This document shows, one piece after another, positions 60,201 to 64,000 of a DNA stretch of 64,000 nt. Under the pieces are notes generated by a model, which ran no database searches, was not told the origin of the DNA, and worked only from the letters and a program-made list of their open reading frames with translations. The stretch is taken from positions 1 to 64,000 of the IMG/VR virus record IMGVR_UViG_3300047321_000238; one strand, written 5' to 3'. The translations under genes and the position numbers were made by a program. The stretch's first letter is position 1; every line of letters begins with the position of its first letter.

Positions 60201-62242
60201 ATTTCTTAAACCCAATAGATTCAGTTGGTATCATGGCAACAAACTTCTATAATAATGCTAAAATACTTATGGCATTAAAATCAATTAACACTGAAATCAC
60301 TAAAGAAATGAAACAATTCATAGTTCAAGGAATGAGAACAATGTTTTCTTGTAGTGGTTTAAAGAAGTATTCTTCTCCAATCAGAAAGAACAATGACGGA
60401 ACAAAATTTAACTACAACGATAGAAATAAAGTTGTTCTATGCAAAGATGTTTGTCACAAAATAATCAAAACATTTATCAACTCTAAAGGAGATTTTGCAG
60501 ATTGTATTCAATTCTTAATTGATGTATGTATTTGTAGTAGATATCCAGCTGAAACTTCTATTGATAGTGCTAAGAAAATGTATAAAGTTATAAACATGTT
60601 TGCATTATCTGGTTGTATTAAAGCTATGGGTTGTAAAAATGCTGTTAAATTCTTAAACTTTGATCCATATATGTTAGATGACCAAGGTAACTCTATTGAA
60701 GAAGTAGAAACTACAAAAGCATTCACTAACATTATTGACATCTTTAATGCAGCTCAACCAAAAAATGCTCTACAATATTCAACAAACAATTTCTTTGGAT
60801 TAAAATTAATAAAAGAAGAAATGTCATGTGTTGGTTGGGAAGATGCTGATAAGGCTATGTTAGCTTTCAATACAGAGAAAAAAGTAGCAGGTATTAAAGA
60901 TCCTACTTATCTATTAAAAGAAAGACTAATGAACTTTGCTAATTCAGTTATAGTATTTGCAGCTAAAGAATTAGAAGCATTTGTTAAATCAGATGAAGCT
61001 AATGCTATCAGAAAAGAATTCAAAGGTTTCTACAATTCAGAAGATAATTATTTCAGAGTTGATAAAGTAGTATCTAACATCGTTGGTACTTATATCACAT
61101 TAACTGAATCAATCAAAGCTTCAGAAAATGATGAAATAGATGATATAACTGCAAAGAAATATCTTAAGACAAATGCATTACAAGCTCTAATGAACACAGC
61201 TAAACTTTCATTTAAAACAGCTAGAAAACCAGTATCTGATGAAGAAATTGGAGCAGGTGTGTTCTATTATATGATTACTTCTTTTGAAAAAGAAAAAGAC
61301 AATGTATGTACTTCAGTTAACTCTAAGATTCTTGATATCTTCCAAAAAGAGATATTAGCATTCTTAAAATCTAAAGGATATGATATGCTTGCTGCTGAAG
61401 AAATATTATATGCTGTTAATCCTGTAACTAACAGACAAGTTAAATTAAATACAACAGAAGGATTAACATGTTCTGCATATAATGGTCATGGTACAATTGA
61501 ATTAGAAGATGGTTCAATCTATTTATTAACTCTAAAGAATAAGAAAGCATCTTTTGATAATGGTACTATTTCTATAGTAGATGATAAGTATGTTGTTGTT
61601 CAACAAAGAAAAACTTTAGAAGAAAATATACAATCAGGATTCTACTTTGGTGCTAAAATGGAAAAAGGAATATTCAACAAAGCTAATCTTCTAATGCAAG
61701 ATATTAAAAAGACTACTGGTGATTACAATGAATACAAAGCAGCATTAGCAGAAATAAATCCTAATAACATTTTAGCTGAGACACAATATGATGAAATTCT
61801 TTTCAGAACAAGAAGAGAAATGGACGAAAGAGGAAAATCATATACAGCTAATCTTTTAATTGGTATGAAAGATGATCAAGAATGTTTAATAGCTGAGTTA
61901 TACCTTAATACAATCGTTGCTCAATTATTACAAACTGCTGAGTTATCTGAAAGCAATGTAAGATTATTCATGACTGAAAATAGTTGTACTGTTAACATTA
62001 TTGAAGACTCTCTATTAGCTGAAGTTGAATCAGTTAGCACTCCTGACACTATAAGTGATTCATTTGGATTAGATGACTTAGAAGGATTCAGTAACTCAAT
62101 AATAGATTATTCTTGTTATGATGTTACTCCAGTTCAAGAAAACTATGATGAAAAACAATTCGTTGCAATTACAACAAACTACGATATTCCTCAAGTTGAC
62201 ATGTGCAATGACGAAAACTATTTAAATGGTTTAACTCAATAA
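57299..62242 (+). CDS. YonO/cRdRP-like single-subunit DNA-dependent RNA polymerase (about 1647 aa)
   Basis: TDGLGLIS, FQARGGGLK, VRHP and DGMDFDID in the order found in the cRdRP/YonO family; likely ATG 57299 behind GAAAAGGA (ORF track starts 57224). Confidence 0.8.
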   Translation: MINTNTLTNGTTTTNTNEGMDVQMVNINVTNVAKIVGVSNEEVVALAIRLGLEVSTSGKKINNVISTAIVVEAVNDLIAKDEVAVTNIVNNNEGMDVKMVNKIKEEIMEMVYSEMNKEIAKQEIRDEYLNRVATVAAIVDESNKKYKRNTLSKVELVDYVVANNIEVNDKELRALYSQLNAARDKEAKSELVHKIIDQMNEGKFTYKMYATANKYKHLLSEDDTITFELALDVALNKASMKNYKNLLAVKRWTKDITVALLRRVVCYTGNQYETEVAPQMFSSLIRACDVTVKDVADSKMTLNGYTTDELLLFSFDKDVLKLTGNNDREVLAKKDYLAKVFYIIAGLSEQKVYIVERKSGIADVYTNINKIKLNEGEVIKQYEFLGITPSGLRSGTMTLAITKEIHADGTVVERDRRVEIMDKASDNSFSINFIVGANENGQAIFKDCESVLDAFKEMSRMMLCATSSKVLGKLDSYVVLDNLSFGAGYNAKDTNSPAKMGEENFVDCQDTTDGLGLISNDMLKENLQAMNIPCSIKDLLGMTFQARGGGLKIAAMSRSKEAIRLEAKASLSRGASVLRAVFKGQEVKAKDLTDEMLDNMQGLFDGNGMKLIDHNAEIELVMLKKAYSSDSKLSDVVNIIMMVNDEQATTALLSSKIKSQILDKLKDIGINVDYNAETDEVISVKCDLKNLKRINNDSQTVEWMFRSLPETMIALAPGVQKTNFNSLLKGLANLINELNVEVNCEYTVVQSDPAVRFGVRIIKEDEVFCPSLIEVNKVSGVRHPVSNLFAVSTFKTLTLKTILKRIDKLNVSLEVKNMLFEFYKGVEGYAIIPASHYYMEKHDGMDFDIDAMQFFLDQEVVAILEKTSDIGTIIDRSIDEEMDCSIKESNDDHAIKAFYKDINKKDFHPIAYDVKVSEEKIAPVKALKGMVMPKKINVASTEDNHYKKNANGRYSLDFSSVAMMVLDYFLNPIDSVGIMATNFYNNAKILMALKSINTEITKEMKQFIVQGMRTMFSCSGLKKYSSPIRKNNDGTKFNYNDRNKVVLCKDVCHKIIKTFINSKGDFADCIQFLIDVCICSRYPAETSIDSAKKMYKVINMFALSGCIKAMGCKNAVKFLNFDPYMLDDQGNSIEEVETTKAFTNIIDIFNAAQPKNALQYSTNNFFGLKLIKEEMSCVGWEDADKAMLAFNTEKKVAGIKDPTYLLKERLMNFANSVIVFAAKELEAFVKSDEANAIRKEFKGFYNSEDNYFRVDKVVSNIVGTYITLTESIKASENDEIDDITAKKYLKTNALQALMNTAKLSFKTARKPVSDEEIGAGVFYYMITSFEKEKDNVCTSVNSKILDIFQKEILAFLKSKGYDMLAAEEILYAVNPVTNRQVKLNTTEGLTCSAYNGHGTIELEDGSIYLLTLKNKKASFDNGTISIVDDKYVVVQQRKTLEENIQSGFYFGAKMEKGIFNKANLLMQDIKKTTGDYNEYKAALAEINPNNILAETQYDEILFRTRREMDERGKSYTANLLIGMKDDQECLIAELYLNTIVAQLLQTAELSESNVRLFMTENSCTVNIIEDSLLAEVESVSTPDTISDSFGLDDLEGFSNSIIDYSCYDVTPVQENYDEKQFVAITTNYDIPQVDMCNDENYLNGLTQ

Positions 62243-62252
62243 TATCAACATT

Positions 62253-62280
62253 AGAGTCTCATTAATTTGAGGCTCTTTTT
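62253..62280 (+). terminator. Intrinsic terminator after RNAP gene
   Basis: agagtctca-ttaatt-tgaggctct followed by TTTT. Confidence 0.75.
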
Positions 62281-62306
62281 ATTTTAAATTTGAAAGGATG
62301 ATTATA

Positions 62307-63398
62307 ATGAAAACAATTAATAACAAACAATTAGAAACAGGAAAGAAAATAGTAAATCAATTAGGAGTTAACAAAACTGCTATAGCACTAACTCATTATA
62401 ATGTAGAAAAGAACAATATTGATATCAGAATGTTTTTGTACTCAGATGAAGACATTACAATATATACAACTGGTAGATTGTTTTTAGGAACATATAAAAA
62501 GGAAGATAAAAAGTTCTCATTCGATCCTGCTACTAAACTACCTTATGTTGTAGGATGCAATAACATTAAGACTCGTAGAGAAGTTAAGGATGCTATTAAG
62601 AAAGTATTATCTACTCATGCAGATGTATTAAAAATGAGTAATGGATACAAAAACTTAATTAATGATGTAGAGGATGTTTTACTTTATGTTATCAAGAGTG
62701 GAATTATTAAAGGCAGCTACTTACCACTTGAGGCACAACTAAAACATAATTGGATCATGAATCCAGACACAATAATTGTAGAGGGTGAGTCAGTAGCTAA
62801 ACATGAAATAGCAGTAACAACAGATACTAATACAAAAACAGAAGGAGAAGTCAAAATGAATATAATGAGTGCGGCACATAAACTAAGAAAAGAAATGGAA
62901 ATAGAAGATAAAGAATATGCATCTTACAGCTATAAACTTAAAATGAAGATTGCATTAAAGTATGCATGGGATACATGTCATATTAATAAAGTAGTAGCTA
63001 TTAAAGAAGTAGCTATTACTGTAGATAAAGTGATAAACATAAATACACGTAGACCAGAGCCAACAGCTAAGGATGAAGTTATGGCAAGTAAGCTTGAACC
63101 ATTAACAGCTAAGTGCGACAATGGCAAGAAAAGAATCAAAGGAGAAACTTATATTGTATCCACACCAGGACACGTTAATATAGAAGATCACATTGGAACA
63201 GTGATTAAGGCTTTTGATATATCCACTCAAATATTAGGCAGAAAAACATTAGCTGAGTTAAATGTGAAATTCACTGAAAGAAAGTTTGCAGAGAGCAGAT
63301 TTTACAGAGAGAATGCACATAAGTTAATTATTGTTACTAGCCATAAAGATGAATATGAACAAATTAAAAACCCAAGAGGATTTATACTTGTTAAATAG
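62307..63398 (+). CDS. Hypothetical protein, possibly a two-part fusion
   Basis: GAAAGGA RBS; internal GAAGGAG-N8-ATG at 62841-62858. Confidence 0.65.
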   Translation: MKTINNKQLETGKKIVNQLGVNKTAIALTHYNVEKNNIDIRMFLYSDEDITIYTTGRLFLGTYKKEDKKFSFDPATKLPYVVGCNNIKTRREVKDAIKKVLSTHADVLKMSNGYKNLINDVEDVLLYVIKSGIIKGSYLPLEAQLKHNWIMNPDTIIVEGESVAKHEIAVTTDTNTKTEGEVKMNIMSAAHKLRKEMEIEDKEYASYSYKLKMKIALKYAWDTCHINKVVAIKEVAITVDKVININTRRPEPTAKDEVMASKLEPLTAKCDNGKKRIKGETYIVSTPGHVNIEDHIGTVIKAFDISTQILGRKTLAELNVKFTERKFAESRFYRENAHKLIIVTSHKDEYEQIKNPRGFILVK

Positions 63399-63404
63399 TA
63401 TTGC

Positions 63405-63905
63405 CCCCTTCGGGGATAGATCAGTGCCATTCCTTCGGATAAATATAAATAAGCTCCCTCCGCTCGCAGTCCCTTCGGGAACAAATAAACTAACTTCGTT
63501 AGTAGAAATAAGCTTCGCAGACTAATCGTGCGGATTCTATGAGAGCTATATTGAAACTAAGTTCTTATTGAACTATTTAGTTCTCATAATAAATTCGCTA
63601 CACTCATAGTCTTAGTCATGCGTGTTATCTGAGATTATCCTTAATCCCAAATCTCATCTTATCCCAATAAACTCACTACGTTCGTAGTTTTAATCATGCG
63701 GATATCTTGAGACATTTATATGCTTACTCATAGTTATAAACTTACTTACGAGTGACATTATAAATTCAATTAGCTATTAATTAGCTACTACATACATACA
63801 ACAAGGGGGAAATAATAGGAGACTTGCGTTTAATCCATTTCTCAGGTTAAATCTATATGCTCTGTATGTATAAAATAAGCTACGCAGTTTAATCATGCGT
63901 ATTAT
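63405..63905. repeat. Non-coding cluster of C-TTC-G hairpins and TAATCATGCG-type repeats
   Basis: Hairpins at 63405, 63431, 63470, 63489, 63512, 63675 and 63879; repeat cores at 63523, 63613, 63691 and 63890. Confidence 0.65.
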
Positions 63906-64000
63906 TCGTGTAACTCTAATGCTGAAAATAGAGTGTAGACTTAGCAGGTTCTTCTATTGCTTGCTATATGTTGAACGTATAAATGGAATCCTTATATATT

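Noticed and set aside
53586-63484. Short minus-strand ORFs in the early region (e.g. 56591-56923, 57202-57603)
   Set aside because: Antisense shadows of plus-strand genes or of the SD array; no RBS or recognisable motif.
63405-63905. CRISPR array or tRNA cluster
   Set aside because: Repeats are degenerate with 78-200 nt spacing; no cloverleaf with D-arm, GTTCRA T-loop and acceptor stem could be built.

Overview
This window is an AT-rich, gene-dense segment of a large contractile-tailed (myovirus-like) phage or prophage. Strong GGAGG/GAAAGGA ribosome-binding sites and low GC point to a Firmicutes host, probably clostridial. Positions 1-52.9 kb form a minus-strand late/virion module: terminase large subunit, GroES, portal, prohead protease, capsid proteins, neck, sheath, tube paralogs, tail chaperones and three giant proteins of 2066, 2867 and 3081 aa. 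An A-tract-rich divergence point at about 53 kb is followed by a plus-strand early-type region. Highlights: (1) The 2867-aa protein in the virion module carries beta-like and beta'-like two-barrel RNA polymerase motifs in one chain, plus an N-terminal DEDDh exonuclease and a C-terminal hydrophobic helix, so it is a candidate injected RNAP. (2) A second, YonO/cRdRP-like single-subunit RNAP with a DFDID motif lies in the early region. (3) A non-coding array of 7 extended Shine-Dalgarno/GGA-loop hairpins sits just upstream of that second RNAP. (4) The first clear early gene is a minimal diguanylate cyclase. (5) A candidate late-promoter motif, AGTAATA, recurs upstream of late genes. (6) A hairpin/repeat cluster with GNA triloops lies at 63.4-63.9 kb. 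All assignments come from motif recognition by eye; no database searches were run.
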